A stretch of 63,003 nucleotides of DNA, filler included, from Chrysochromulina tobinii (lineage: Eukaryota), in the NCBI GenBank assembly GCA_001275005.1. It is 4 parts of 4 records of this genome, joined end to end, with 100 filler letters (N's around TTAATTAATTAA, not from the genome) between each part and the next. Parts side by side here need not be neighbours in the genome. Positions count along the whole stretch, not along the records: positions 1 to 22,836 come from JWZX01000815.1; positions 22,937 to 41,358 come from JWZX01000816.1; 2 more parts are not named here. One strand, written 5' to 3'. Position numbers and translations under genes: made by a program. Positions 21,644 to 34,800 of the stretch are shown here, one piece after another. Every line of letters starts with the position of its first letter. The first letter of the stretch is position 1. The notes under the pieces were generated by a model. That model made no database searches. It had not been told where the DNA came from and saw only the letters and a list, made by a program, of their open reading frames with translations.

Positions 21644-22516
21644 CGGAATGCTGACGAGTCGAGCTTGGCGATAGCAGAGACTGCGAGCTCGAGCCGTGAT
21701 GCCGCCGGTGCCGATGAGACACGTGGCGATGGGGGCGCCTCGTGCTCGCTGCTCTGATTGCATGCTGATGGCATGTTGATTGCATGCTGACGTCCTCACA
21801 TGGCGGAAGGCATGAGCATGAGGGAGAGGCGGCCGATGCGAGCCGCGCGACCGTCGACGCGAAAATCAAGCTGGTCAGATGGGGGGAAAGAAGGAGGAGA
21901 GGAGAGCAGCAGGTGCGAGAGATTGCGAGAGATTCACATGCTCATGTCTTCGCATGTGCAGCATGTCAAGATCGGTCATCATGCGTCATCGCGAGATGAA
22001 AATGTATTAACGAACGGAAAAGGTCGCACGCCCCGTGCGGGTGCGCAGGGGCGATCATATTTTAATCATATTTTTTATCATCCTCCCGTAGCCGTAGCCC
22101 GTACACACACGGACACGCCCGCAAAATCGAAAATGACAATGTCATGCGCGTGTACGCGGTCGGGGGCCGGCCGGCCAGTTGCGCCTCCTTTGCAGTAACT
22201 GTTCGGTTCTCGCGGGGGCCGCGGTACAGCGTAACTATAACGCCCGCCCTGCTGGCGAATATTGGCATGGCTCTCGGCTCCATCCGTCATATCAATCGAA
22301 CCTCGCCGGCGTGTCCGCACTGCCCCCCCACTGCCCGGCCTGAGCCTTGAGTGTATGCTCGAGCTGGGCACGCCATTCACAGCTGGAAAGTGTGCGGACC
22401 ACTGCAACTTGGCCGGTGACCGTACAAGTCCGAGGGGGTTGCGAAGGTAGCCGACAGCCGCGCTGCACTAGCCAGCTGCACGAGGTGCGGCTCGATCACT
22501 CAACCAGGCGAACGGG

Positions 22517-22632
22517 GAGCGCCCGAGCGTCGTCCTGAGCGCCCGAGCGTCGTCCTGAGCGCCCGAGCGTCGTCCTGAGCGCACGAGCGTCGTCCTGAGC
22601 GCACGAGCGTCGTCCTGAGCGCACGAGCGTCG
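22517..22632. repeat. 20-nt minisatellite GAGCGC(C/A)CGAGCGTCGTCCT, about 6 units
   Basis: Direct tandem units. Confidence 0.9.
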
Positions 22633-22777
22633 CTATGGCAACGGACGCTATCCCTCGACTTCCATGAGGCGCACATCTAGCGACTCGCCGTCTTCACTCA
22701 ATGCCCCTTCTTCAGGCACCCACCCCTTTGCCGCCGCCGCTGCCGCTTCTGCTTCTGCTTCTGCTGCTGCTGCTGCC

Positions 22778-22808
<31 letters not shown>

Positions 22809-22836
22809 ATGCTCCCGCGGCCGCCTCCGGCACCCC

Positions 22837-22936
22837 NNNNNNNNNNNNNNNNNNNNNNNNNNNNNNNNNNNNNNNNNNNNTTAATTAATTAANNNNNNNN
22901 NNNNNNNNNNNNNNNNNNNNNNNNNNNNNNNNNNNN
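22837..22936. other. Artificial contig spacer (N run with TTAATTAATTAA)
   Basis: 100-nt N block containing a six-frame stop linker. Confidence 0.97.
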
Positions 22937-23036
22937 GGCCTCGAGCATGCTCTGCGAAGGGGTTGCGCGCCTCGATGATGGCAGAGCCGCGTCCCCCGTT
23001 TTCCGGCCGCTGTCTTGGGTGGTTTAGCGCCAGCGC

Positions 23037-23097
23037 CAAGGCAAGTCAAGTCAAGTCAAGTCTACCAGCGCCAAGGCAAGTCAAGTCAAGTCAAGTC
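23037..23097 (+). promoter_or_regulatory. (CAAGT)n arrays, duplicated, upstream of the flippase gene
   Basis: Two copies of CAAGGCAAGTCAAGTCAAGTCAAGTC about 100-170 nt upstream of the ATG. Confidence 0.45.
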
Positions 23098-23201
23098 TAC
23101 CAGCGCCAGAGGTGACGGCGTTTCCTGCAATCGCCAATCGCTCGAGCACTGCTCGCGAGCGCGCTCGTGTGTAGGGAGCGAGGCCGACTCGTCCGTCAGA
23201 A

Positions 23202-26200
23202 ATGAGTGCGCCCGACTACAGTCTCATCGGCGAGGGCTCCACGCCGTATATTGCCTACGAGGAGCCGGTCGTGCCGCCGCCTCGGCGGCCGCCGCCTCCC
23301 TCGTGCTGGCGTGCGTGCTGGCGCGCGCTGTGTGGCTGCTGCGGCCAGCGCGCGCCCGAGTGGCGCACCATCTTTCTCAACGCAAGCCCGCCGACGCACG
23401 GCTGGTACCCGCACAACCGCGTCGAGAACACCAAGTACGGTCTGCTCTCGTTCGTGCCGAAGGTGCTCCTCGAACAGTTCCGCTACTTTTTCAACTTGTA
23501 CTTTCTGCTGGTGGCGCTCTCGCAGTTCGTGCCGGTCTTCGAAATTGGGCTCCGCTTCACGTACATCGCGCCGCTCGTCTTCGTGCTCGCAGTCACCATG
23601 GCCAAGGAGGGCTACGACGACGTGCAGCGCTGGCGCACCGACACGCTGATCAACAATGAGGCGTACGAGCGACTGCAACCAGGCGGCGGCTCAATGGCCG
23701 TGCCGGCCAAGGACTTGCGTGTGGGCGATGTGGTACGCGTGAGCACTAACCAGCGCATCCCGGCCGACCTCGTGCTGCTGCGCACCTCGAGCGAGAGTGG
23801 GGTCGTCTTTGTGCGCACCGACCAGCTCGACGGTGAGACCGATTGGAAGCTGCGCGTGGCCGTGGCGTCCACCCAGCGACTGGCATCGGAGGCGGCGCTC
23901 TCGGCGGCGGTGGTCACTCTGCATGCGGCGCCGCCCACCAAGGACATCTACGAGTTCGTGGGCGACCTCACCCTATACGACGACGCGCTCGAGGGCGGGT
24001 GCGTGCAGGAGCCCCTCGCGCTCGAGAACACCCTCTGGGCCAACACGGTCCTCGCCTCGTGCGCGTGTCATGGCGTGGTCGTCCACACCGGACGCGAGAC
24101 CCGCTCGTCGATGAACGTGGCAGGCGCGCCGCCGAGCAAGATGGCGACTCTCGACCTGCAGGTGAACTTCATGACCAAGCTCCTTTTCGTGCTGGTCAAC
24201 CTGTCGGCCCTGCTCATGGTCGCGGTCCCGTTTGGGCAGGTGATGACCACTGATGACCTCTGATGACCCCTGATTGCCTCCGTTTGGCCTCTAATTGAGG
24301 TCCCGTTTGGGCATGTTTGGTCCCGTTTGGGCAGGCCTCGGCAGCGGCGTGGCGGGATGGGCAGAGCTCGGAGGGATGGTGGGACGGCGGCTGGGAGAAC
24401 TCCGCACGCAAGCTCTCGGATCGGCTCTCGGAGAGCCTCTCGCGCCTGGTGCAGGCGCTCCTCGACTATGTGTGCTTCATGCTCCTCTTCTCGCAAATCA
24501 TCCCGATCTCGTTGCGAGTGGCTCTGGACATGGCGAAGCTCGTGTACAAGCTCCAGATGACCTCGGACGAGCGGCTGCCGGGGCTGCAGGTGCGTCGCCG
24601 CTGATGGCCTCCCTCATTGCATGCAGGTGCGACTGGACAGCCCTTGACGGCCGCTGATGGCCACTGATGGCCACTGATGGCCTCCCTCATGGCATGCAGG
24701 TGCTCTCGTCGACGCTGCCTGAGGAGCTTGGCGGCATCGAGTACCTGCTCACGGACAAGACCGGCACCCTCACGCGAAACGAGATGACCTTCCGAAAGCT
24801 GCATCTGGGCGCTGCGTGTCTGGACGAGGCGATGGTGCCGGAGCTGCGCGCCAACCTCGCACAAGTGCTCCGTGAACAGCCTCTCGCCTCCCTCGCTCCG
24901 CCCGTGCCCGAGGCCCTCGGAGTGCCGCGGAGTGCCTCGGACCCCCTCGGAGTGCCGCGCTCGGCGTGCGGCGCACCGCTTCGGCAGAGCTCGCTGACAA
25001 GCAGGCTCACGGCGGGGGGGCGAGTCGGGAGCTTGTTGGTACAGCCGCCAGCGGCGCCGTCCCGCCGCTCGGCGGCGCCGCCCGACAGTTCGCTGACGAC
25101 TCCGCTGCTCTCGGCCGAAGACGCGACGGACGGCGACGGCAGCTCGTCGATGACCTTGTTCGCACGTCCAAGTGCCGCGCACAGTGCCACGCGCGAGGCG
25201 AGTGTGCCTCGCATCGAGAGCAGGACGAGCCGCACCCCGGGCAGCGGCGCCCACCACGGCGCCATCCCATCACAGCGGGCGCGTGGCGCGTGGCGGGGAT
25301 TGCGGCGGGCGGGCGGCGCCGACGAGGGAGGCAGAGACGAGGGAGGCAGAGACGAGGGAGGCAGAGACGAGGGAGGCAGTGGCGAGGAGGGCGGCAGCAG
25401 CGCCGAGGGCGGCGGCGAGGGCGACGGCGAGGGCGAGAGGATTGCTTTCGTGCAAGCCCTCCTCGCGATTGCGCTCTGTCACAACGTCTCTCCGGTGGGC
25501 GACACCTTCGACGAGGGCAGTACCGGCTGGGCACGCGAGGGCAGCGCGGAGCCGCCGCGAAAGCGCTGGGGATCGCGTGACGAGGGCGAGCACGACGCCG
25601 AACGGGGCGGCGGCGCGGGCGTCTTGCCGGGCGACTTTCAAGGGGCGTCGCCCGATGAGCTTGCGCTCGTGCGCTTTGCGGCGCGTTGCGGCCTTGTGCT
25701 CGTAGGGCGCACGTCGTCGCTGGTGACGCTGCAGGAGCCGTCGGGCCAACTGCGCGTGTACGAGGTGCTCCACGAGAAGCTCTCATGACCTCTGATGACC
25801 ACTGATGTCCACTGATGACCACTGATTGCCTCCCTCATCAGGTGCTCCACGAGATGCCGTTCACCTCCGAGTCGAAGCGGATGGGCATCTTGCTCCGGCA
25901 CGTGCCCTCGGGAGATCTCCTCTTCTATGTCAAGGGGGCGGACGCCGTCATGTCGGAGCGCGTCGTCGGCGCCGACTGGCTGGAGGAGGAGACCGGTAAC
26001 ATCCGAGTGCATCCGAGTGCTTCTGAGTGTGCAGCTGAGTGCATCCGAGTGCATCCGAGTGCATACGAGTGCTTCTGAGTGCGCATCTGGCCGACTGGCT
26101 CCATCAGGAGACGGGTAGCCTCGTACCAAGGGGCACCTCGGAGTGCCTCTGAATGCGACTGATCCGTCGCGGCGTGTGATTGCAGGTAACCTCGCACGCG

Positions 26201-27582
26201 AGGGGCTGCGCACACTTGTGGTTGCATGCCGCCCGCTGAGCGAGGCACAGTATGCCGCCTTTGCGGCGGATCTCGCCAAGGCACGCCTCGCCAAGACGGC
26301 GCGCCACGCGGCGGTGCGCGCGGCCTTCGCAGTGCTCGAAGAGGACATGACGTGCGTCTGCGTGACCGGAGTCGAGGACCGTCTGCAGGCGCACGTGCGT
26401 ACCACGCTCGAGAAGCTGCGGAATGCGAACGTGCGCACGTGGATGCTTACGGGCGATAAGCTCGAGACGGCGCTCATCGTGGCGCAGAACGCGTCCCTCG
26501 TCGCGCGCCATCAGCACGTGTACACGGTGAGTGCGCGCTCGGCGGCTGAGGCGCGTCAGCTGCTGCATGGGTACCCACAGGGTTCGATCAACGCGCCGTG
26601 CCTGATGCTCGATGGGCCTTCGCTCGACGTGTGTGTCGAATTCCACACGGAGCTCTTCATTGAGGTCGCGTGCGCCGCGCCCACGGTCGTCATCTACCGC
26701 TGCTCGCCCACCCAGAAGGCGGCCACCGTCCGGCTGCTGCGCACTCACACGTCCAAGATCATCGCGGCCATCGGCGACGGCGGCAACGACGTTGGCATGA
26801 TCCGTGCGGCACACGTGGGCATTGGGGTCGAGGGACGCGAAGGCAAGCAGGCGGCCCTCGCCGCTGACTTTTCGATCACGCAGTTCAGTCATGTGGCGCG
26901 CCTGGTGCTCTGGCACGGGCGCAACTGCTACCTGCGCTCAGCCACGCTCTCCCAGTTCGTCATTCATCGCGGCCTGATCATCTCGTTCATCCAGCTCGTC
27001 TTCTCGGCCCTCTTCTACTTCCGCCCTATCCCCCTGTACTCGGGCGTGCTCGTGCTTGGGTACGCGACCATCTTCACCACCGGCCCCGTCTTCTCCCTGG
27101 TGCTCGACGAGGACGTCTCCGAGACGAACGCGATGAAATTCCCCGAGCTCTACCACGAGCTTCAGAAGCGGCGCTACCTCTCGCTCAAGACGTTTCTGCT
27201 CTGGGCGTGGAAGGCGCTCTACCAGGGTGGCGTCATCATGCTCGGCGGCGTCGTCCTCTTCGAGCAGCGCTTCGTGCACGTCGTGGGCATCACCTTCACC
27301 GCGCTCATCCTCACTGAGAACCTGATGGTCGTCGTCGAGGTGAAGCGATGGCATCCGCTCATGCTTCTCGCGCAGGTACTCACACTCATCGTGTACGTGG
27401 GCGCCATCATCGCTCTCTCCTCGCCCACACTCGTCGAGGGTGATCTCGACATCAACTTCATCATGAGTGTCGGCTTCGCCTGGCGCGTCGCCCTCATCAC
27501 CATGGCCGCGACGGTGCCCATCTGGGCCGTCAAGGGGTGCGCGCACCTGTGCTCGCCGCGGGTGGCCACCAAGCTGAGCTGA
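23202..27582 (+). CDS. P4-ATPase phospholipid flippase, NEO1/ATP9 class; introns 24240-24334, 24590-24699, 25765-25841, 25996-26185
   Basis: Motifs DQLDGETDWK, IPISLRV, DKTGTLT, SPDE, KGAD, EGLRTL, LTGDK and IGDGGND. DGETDWK and PISLRV are typical of ATP9/NEO1. Confidence 0.93.
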
Positions 27583-27859
27583 GGTCACAGGAGCGCCCGA
27601 CACCTTACGAACACGGTACAAGACGAGAAGCGAGGCATTGAAGGGTGTCGTCGAGAGTGTGCGGCACAGCCCGTAGTACGGAAAGATTTCGCTTCTTAGG
27701 GTTACGGCGGCCGACGTCGCACCTCTTTTACGGTTAACTGGACAGTAACTGTTCAACATGTGAAGTTGCATGGCCTCGTACTATCGGAACCTCAGAAGAC
27801 CTTTAGGATTCGATAGGTGAAAAACACTATAGACAAATGTCTGAGCTGCGCCGGGAGCT

Positions 27860-28537
27860 CTACTGCGCCATCGTGGCCATGGCCAGCGCAAGGTCCCGCC
27901 CAGCGAGGGCGCCCAGGATATGCCACATTCCGTGCAGCACCATGTATGCCCTCGGCCCCTTGACGCAGATGGCGCCGCCAAAGAAGGCGCACGCGGCGAT
28001 CGCCTTGATCACCGCGCTCAATGGCAAGGCGCTGCCGAGCTGCATTGCGTACAGGATGCCAAAGAAGAAGGTGGGCAGAGCCAGCGCGTAGTCGATGAGC
28101 AACAGGGATTGCACGACGGGTCGGTTCGTGCCGCCGTACTTGACCTGCGCCCAGTGATATCCAATGGAGGCGGTGCCTGCGAGCTCCGCCAGGAGGCCGA
28201 GCGCTGGATTGCCAGCCGACTCTATGCACGCGCCGGCGACAAAGAAGGCGACATTCGTACCGAGAAAGATCAAGGACTCGATTGAATTCTCCCTGAGCGG
28301 TCTCACGTTCGCGTAAGTAAACCCCCATGGGTTGCGCTTGATGAGCGGCCGCGGCGCGCTCAGGGCCTGGCGGAGGACAGGGGTGCTCACGCCCTGCATG
28401 TGCGTCGTGCGAGCTGCGGCTTTGTGATCAGCTCGCGGCGGCCGCAGCGTGGACTGATCGGTGGGCATGTGGAGGGAGACCTCAAAGCCGAGCGCGGAGT
28501 GCAGGAGCACGGTACACATCACTGATAGGCACCGCAT
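27860..28537 (-). CDS. Multi-pass membrane protein, CREST/hemolysin-III-like, with N-terminal signal peptide
   Basis: SxxxH (SIGYH), a conserved D and HxxxH (HGMWH) within hydrophobic helices. Confidence 0.65.
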   Translation of the reverse strand: MRCLSVMCTVLLHSALGFEVSLHMPTDQSTLRPPRADHKAAARTTHMQGVSTPVLRQALSAPRPLIKRNPWGFTYANVRPLRENSIESLIFLGTNVAFFVAGACIESAGNPALGLLAELAGTASIGYHWAQVKYGGTNRPVVQSLLLIDYALALPTFFFGILYAMQLGSALPLSAVIKAIAACAFFGGAICVKGPRAYMVLHGMWHILGALAGRDLALAMATMAQ

Positions 28538-28802
28538 GGTGTTGATGAACTCTTGGAAGTTCGCTGTCAGTGATCAGTCGAGACGGAGGGCACGGACTGC
28601 CCAATCGATCCACGAGGGAGAGTCGAGGGAGTTGCATCTTGGACTGGATGATTCCCTATGCAGATTCCCTTTTGAAGAGTGCGCTGAAGAGCGCTGCGCG
28701 CCGCGCGCATTCTTCAAGACTTCGGCGCACCCTTCAAGAACGGAGAGGGGTTGTCCTGAAAGCTATTCATAGGCGCTTTCACGAAGTCCGCGCGTACAAA
28801 AG

Positions 28803-31800
28803 ATGGCGGAGTCGCCGTCGAGCTGGTGGACGCGCGTCGAGGGCCTCTTCGGACGCTCGCCCGACTCGGGTCTCCCCGACAAGCCAGTCTTGCGCGGCGG
28901 CGGCGGGCGCGTGGGCAACGGCTCCGATGCGGCCCTCCTTCAAGCGTGCACCGTGGGCAGCAAGGAGGGTGTCGAGCAGCTCCTGCTCGAGGGCGCCAGC
29001 CCCAACCACCGCGGCGAATTCGGCGCCACGCCGCTCACCATCGCGGCGGAGTTGGGTTCCGCCGCCATCGTGGCGCTGCTGCTGGCCGCCGGCGCTGAGG
29101 TCGACACGATTGACGACAATGGCGACAGCGCGCTGCTGTGTGCGTGCCGCGTGGGCCAAGTCGACGCGGTGCGCATGCTCCTGAACGCCAAGGCCGACCC
29201 CGCGCTCACCAACTCGCAGCAGAAGAATGCGCTCGATGCGGCCATCGAGGCGCGCAACTATTACAACCGTCCGGAGGTGTCCGAGCTGCTGCTGGCGCAC
29301 CAACGCGACGACGCCGATGTGGACACGGACGCGGGCGCCGAGGGCACTGACGAGGCGAGCGACTCGGCGCCCAAGCCGGGCGCGCCCGCGACCGCCGGCC
29401 ACCTGTCGAGCCACGCGGCGCGCGGCCGGCCGACGGACGCGCTCGAGCATGTGCTGCGCCACGGGAGCGGCGCGAGCCATCGGAGCCATCGCACTGCCAG
29501 CCCTGTGGCGCCCGTGCTGCGCCTGCGCAAGGAAGAGTGGGCCCTCGACCGCAACTACCCGCAGTGCCACCTGTGCAAGGCGACCTTCACTCTCATCAAC
29601 CGGCGCCACCACTGCCGCATCTGCGCCCTGATCTTTTGCGAAGCGTGCACGGCCAACACCGTGGCCACGGCGGGCGCGCGCACGGTGCGCACTGCCACCG
29701 GAAGCACCCGCGGGGGCCTCCGACCTGCCCGCACCACCGCCCGTGTCCAGCTCCGTGGCCACGGCGACCCCCGACCCTTGCGCGCGCGCACCACCATGCG
29801 CGTTGCCGCCCCGCTCGCCTCTCCCTTCTCGCGCGCCCCTGTCAGCCCTCCCCACTCGCCCTATCCTCCGCCTGCCCTGTCCTCCCGCCTGCCCTGTCCC
29901 CGCCCATGTTAGGCAGCCCATGTTTGGCAGTCCATGTTAGGCAGTCCCCGCGGCGTCGTCCCTATACCCCTGTGGCCACCCCTCTGAACCCCGATGACGA
30001 CTCTCGCGCCACTGATGACCACTGATGACCACTGATGACCACTGATGACGACTCTCGCGCCACTGCTACAGGAGGACGGGCAGCCGATCGCGCCCGACTC
30101 GGCGCCCGTACGCGTGCGCGTGTGCAACGCGTGCTGGGCCTTGCACGCCGACGCTACCGGCGTCGCCTCGACCGCCGCGGCGGCCGGTGGACCAACGGAG
30201 ACGCGCGAGGTGCACGGCTCGCTCTTTGCCGATCGGATGCGCCGCAACGGGTACGCAACGCTCGCGCACCTCGCGACCGCCGTCTCGCTCGCGCGTGCCG
30301 CCACCTTCGAGGTCGCCCAAGGGGCTGGGGTCGCCTCTACGAAGGCCCCCTCGCCCTCCCCTTCGCCCTCCAAGCCACGCGCCTCGACCCACGCCCACGC
30401 GACTCGGCTCGACCCGGCCAAGTCGCTCACGGCGCCGCGGCTGGGCACGCTGTCGGCGCAACTTGGCGAGCCCAGCACGGCGCCTCAAGTGGCTTCATTG
30501 GACGCGGAGCTCGTGTCCCAAATTAGGGACGCGGAGCTCGTGGACTCGACGAGGGCGATGAGCACCGCGACGGACGTACTCTCCGAGCACGACGATAGGC
30601 CTGAGGCGAAGCCGCTGCCCGCCGCTGACTCGGCGCAGACGCGCGCCCCACTCGTGGCGATGCTTGGCGACAGGGACGCCGCCGACGCCGGCGCACGCGG
30701 CGGGAGCGAGGGCGGCGGCGGCGGCGGCGAGGGCGGCGGCGGCATCGGCGCGATGGTCCGCGCAAGCGTCCCTAATTTGGCAGGCGTCTCTAATTTGGGC
30801 TCTGATGCGGATCTCGATCATCTCGAAGGGGTTGCGGACCAATCCCAGCTAGGCGACCTCGCCGGCGACCCTACCTCCAAGTTCCCGAAGCACAGGCGCT
30901 CGCCTTCTGTGCCGTCGGCGGCAGAGCGCACGACTGAGCGCGACACCGACGCCTCCGATGGAAAGCCGAGCGCGCCGGGCGGCGGCAAGAAGGAACGTGG
31001 CGTGATCCTCGCGGCGCCACTGGTGCCGCCGCCGGTGGTGCAACCCGACCCACAGGTACGTTGATTGCCACTGATGACCTGCCTTGCATGCAAGTGCTCA
31101 CCACAGCGCGCCTCGCCATCATTCCACAACCCGACCCACAGGGCGATGCGCCGAGCGTGGTGGACGAGCACCGCGCCCGCCTCGGTGCGTGGAGGGACAT
31201 GCGGCTGCGCCATGCGATCTGGAGCCAGCTCTCGCTCAGCCCCGAGCTGCCCACGCAGTGGCAGGGGACCCTGGAGGTGCTTGCGACGCGCGCGGCTGAC
31301 TCACTCCGACCGGTGCGATGGGCCCTGATGACCATTGATTGCCCTTGAGTACCAGTGAGGCCCTGCCTCCGACCCGAACCAGGCGCTCAACTCGTCCATC
31401 AACGCCATCCTCAAGATCAAGACGCTGCCGGGCGGCTCGCGAGCGCACTCGCACTACGTCGACGGGCTCGTGTGTCGGCTCAAGCTCGCGCACAAGTGCA
31501 TGCGCACCGAGCTCGCCTGGCCGCGCATCCTGCTGCTCAAGCCGTCGCTCGAGCATGATTTAGGACCGGGCGTGACGAGCCTCGAGGCCAACATGCGCCA
31601 GGAGGATGAGCACATGGAGATGGTGGTGCACGAGATGGCCAAGCTGCGCGTCGATTTACTCCTCGTCGGGGGGTCCGTCTGCTTCACTGCCAAAGAGAAG
31701 CTACTCAAGCGTGGCATCGCGCTCGCGGTCGGAGTCAAGCCGCAGGTGCTCGAGCGCATCTCGCGCTGTACCAACACGACTGTCCTCCTCTCGCCCGCCC

Positions 31801-34800
31801 AGGTCGCCGGGGCGACCCCGGGTACGTGCGGCCGCTGGCGCGTCGAGTATGTCACAGTCACCGTGCCGCCCGCTGCCGTGCCCTATGCGCCTCCCTCGAC
31901 GAGATTGCATCTGGGCGATCTCGATTCGTCAACGATGGCTTTCGGGATGCCCGGGATGGGCGGCGCGGCCAGTGCGCCCACAAGCGCGCTCGTTCCAGCG
32001 GGATCGGGCGCCGTCCCGGGCGGGCACGCCGCACCGGCCGCGACCAAACGAGTGACCCTCATGTACTTTGAGCGATGCCCACCGGAGTTGCTCGCCACGG
32101 TCGTGCTGCGCGGGGGCGAGCCCGCCGAGATGAAGGCTCTCAAGCAGATGCTCTCCGCGTCCGCATACGTCGCAGCCGACCTGCGAGCGGAGGCGGCGTA
32201 CCTCTTCGAAATGGGCGGCACCACCGCCCTGCCCTCGCCCAATGCGCTCAACACGACGCCCAGTGCGCTCAACACGACGCTCGCTGGCGCCGCCGTTTCG
32301 AGCGTCGGAAGCGCTCGAGACAGCGCTCTTCACGGCGCGGCGCCCAGCCCCTTGGCGCGGCTCCAAGGGGGTGGGGGTGGGGGTGGGGCGTCGCCGCCGA
32401 GCGCTGTCTCGAGCGTGCCCAGCTTGCCCAACCTCGAAGCGAACCACGAAGCCAACTTGGCCATGCGGCCCGGCGACGCGGCGCACGCGCCCAGCGCCGT
32501 CTCGAGCGCACCGGCGGCAGCCGCACCGGCGGCGGCGCTTGCAGGCGCGGCGAGCGGCGCGCGCCCCGTCTCGCCGGCCGCGCCCGGCGCTGGGGTGTGG
32601 ACGCACTCGCGCCTACTCGACCAGCCACGTGGCAAGGCCCTTGGGCAGCCTCGCACGGACATCTCCCGCGCGGAGATCTCGGTCGAGGAGGTCCTAGGCG
32701 CCGTGTCGGGCGCGCCTTCGGGGCACAAGGGGGGCGGGCCGCCGCCCGGCTGGGGCCCCACGCTCCAAGACACCGCGGATGCGATCGCCTCCTTCCTCGG
32801 GGCCGAGGGCAACGCAGCGAGCACGGCCGCCGAGCCCGACACGGCGCTCGAAGTCTCCGCGAGCTGCTCGGGTGGGGCGGCGTCGGTCACGGCCGCGCCC
32901 CTGGCTGCCTCGACGCTCAACACGACGCTCGCAGCCCCCACCGCGCCGCTCGGCATCATCCAATCTGGGCTGCAGCATTTGTTGGGGGTGCAGCCGGCGG
33001 CCGCCGCGCCCGCGCCGCCGCCGATGAGCCATCCGACAGTGGGCACGCGTCCCACTGATGACCCGATGCTCAGCGGGAGCGGCAGCGCCACCTTCATGCT
33101 CGGCGTCACCCCCTTTAGCGAAAACCATACCACCAAAAAGGAGTCCGAGGAGTACTTTCTGTCGGCAGCGCTCGATGTGAGTGAAGGTGATCATCCGCTG
33201 AGCCTTGGCGCAGGATCGCGTGACGGCTTCATCCACCGGCGCGGTTCGAGAGACCTCCTCCTCCACAGCGCCGCCGACGCAGGCGCCGCGGCTCCGAATT
33301 CGGAGCCGGGCGCGATGGCGCCGATGCTGTGCTCCACGTGCGAAGAGCAGCCGGCGGATCGCCTCTGGCACGAAGAGGCGCGCACGCTACGTGTGGCGAC
33401 CTGTTGGAGGCGATGGGATGTGCTTGAGGCCCCGTGCCAGGTACCACGCGAGCGGCTGCTCGACTACAATCTACACAGCTCGAACGGCTCGCATGGCGCT
33501 GGCGGCGCGGAGGAGGGCGGCGTAGACACGCAGACCCTCGGCCAGTTCCTACAGAGCCACTGCTTCAACCTGCGCCGGCAGTGCGCCAACCCAAAGTGCA
33601 AGGGCACGGTGCTTGAGCACGAGCAGTGCTTCTCGCACCACGGCGGCCGCCTCTCGGTGCGCGTGCATCGGCTGCCAGCCGAGGCGACGTTACCCACGGA
33701 CGCTCTGTACGGCTGGTCAGTTTGCCGAAACTTGGCGTGTCGCCCCGGTCGCGCCTCGCCCAAGACGGCGCTCAGCTTGACCACGCTCGGCATGAGCCTC
33801 GGCCGTTTCCTCGAGAGCTGCTTCTACAACACGACCGCCACCTCGCGCGTCCCAGGCTGCCCGCACTCGCTCCACCTGCACCACGAGCGGTACATAGGGT
33901 ACGGCGGGGCTCGTGTGCTCGATGACGTACCAGCGCTGCATCGTCTTCGGCATCACGCCGCCGCTGCCGCAGCGCTTGCTGCCGCTGCCGCTGCCGCTCG
34001 CGAGGGTGCCGCCGCCGCTGCCGCCGGCCATGCCGCCGGCCATGCCGCCGCGCCTGGCGTTGACGGGCGGCGAGAGCGGCGCGCCCACCGGCGCCTCGTC
34101 CGCTACGCTCGCGGCCGACGCGTTCGGGATGGCTTCGATCGCGGTCGCGTTCGCAATCTCGTGCGATCCGTGCGCGGCCGAGGTGGCACGCGGCGTCTTC
34201 GCCGAGATCGGGCGCTTCGGCGGCGGCGGCGAGGGCACCGCGGCCGGCGGCGGCACAGATGGGCTGCCGAGTTCTCACCTTGCACAGCAGTCGAGCGAGA
34301 TCGAGCGAGATCGAGCGAGATCGAGCGAGATCGATCTGCCAAGCTCCGCCGCCGAGATGATGAGCGCGGCTCACGTCGCTGACGCGCGTGCGGACGCGGT
34401 CGTCTCCGAGTTAGGGAACCACGAGCGGCTGTGCTCAATGATGCGCTGGGCGGATGCGCTGCCCGAGGTCAAGCTGCGCTTTGAGGATGAGCTGTCCATG
34501 GGGGCTACGTTTGCCGACTTTTTCAGCGGCGCGGCGCCTGGCTGCTCACCCGGCTCGACGCAGCTGCGCGCGACCATCCTGTACCCTGCGCCCTTTGCCG
34601 CGCTGCGCGAGCGCTTCTGCGAGGGCGGCGACGCGGCCTTCCTGCAGTCGCTCCGACAAGCGAGCGTATGGAACTCGGGTGCGGGCGGCGTATCGCGCTC
34701 GACATTCCTCAAGACGGTCGATGACCGGTACCTCCTCAAGTCCGTACCCAAATCCGAGTTTTGGGCGTTCCATGAGCGCGCGCCCACGTACTTCCAGTTC

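Noticed and set aside
22837..22936. TTAATTAATTAA palindrome inside N runs (also 41359 and 56669)
   Set aside because: This is an artificial six-frame-stop linker; adjacency across these gaps cannot be trusted.
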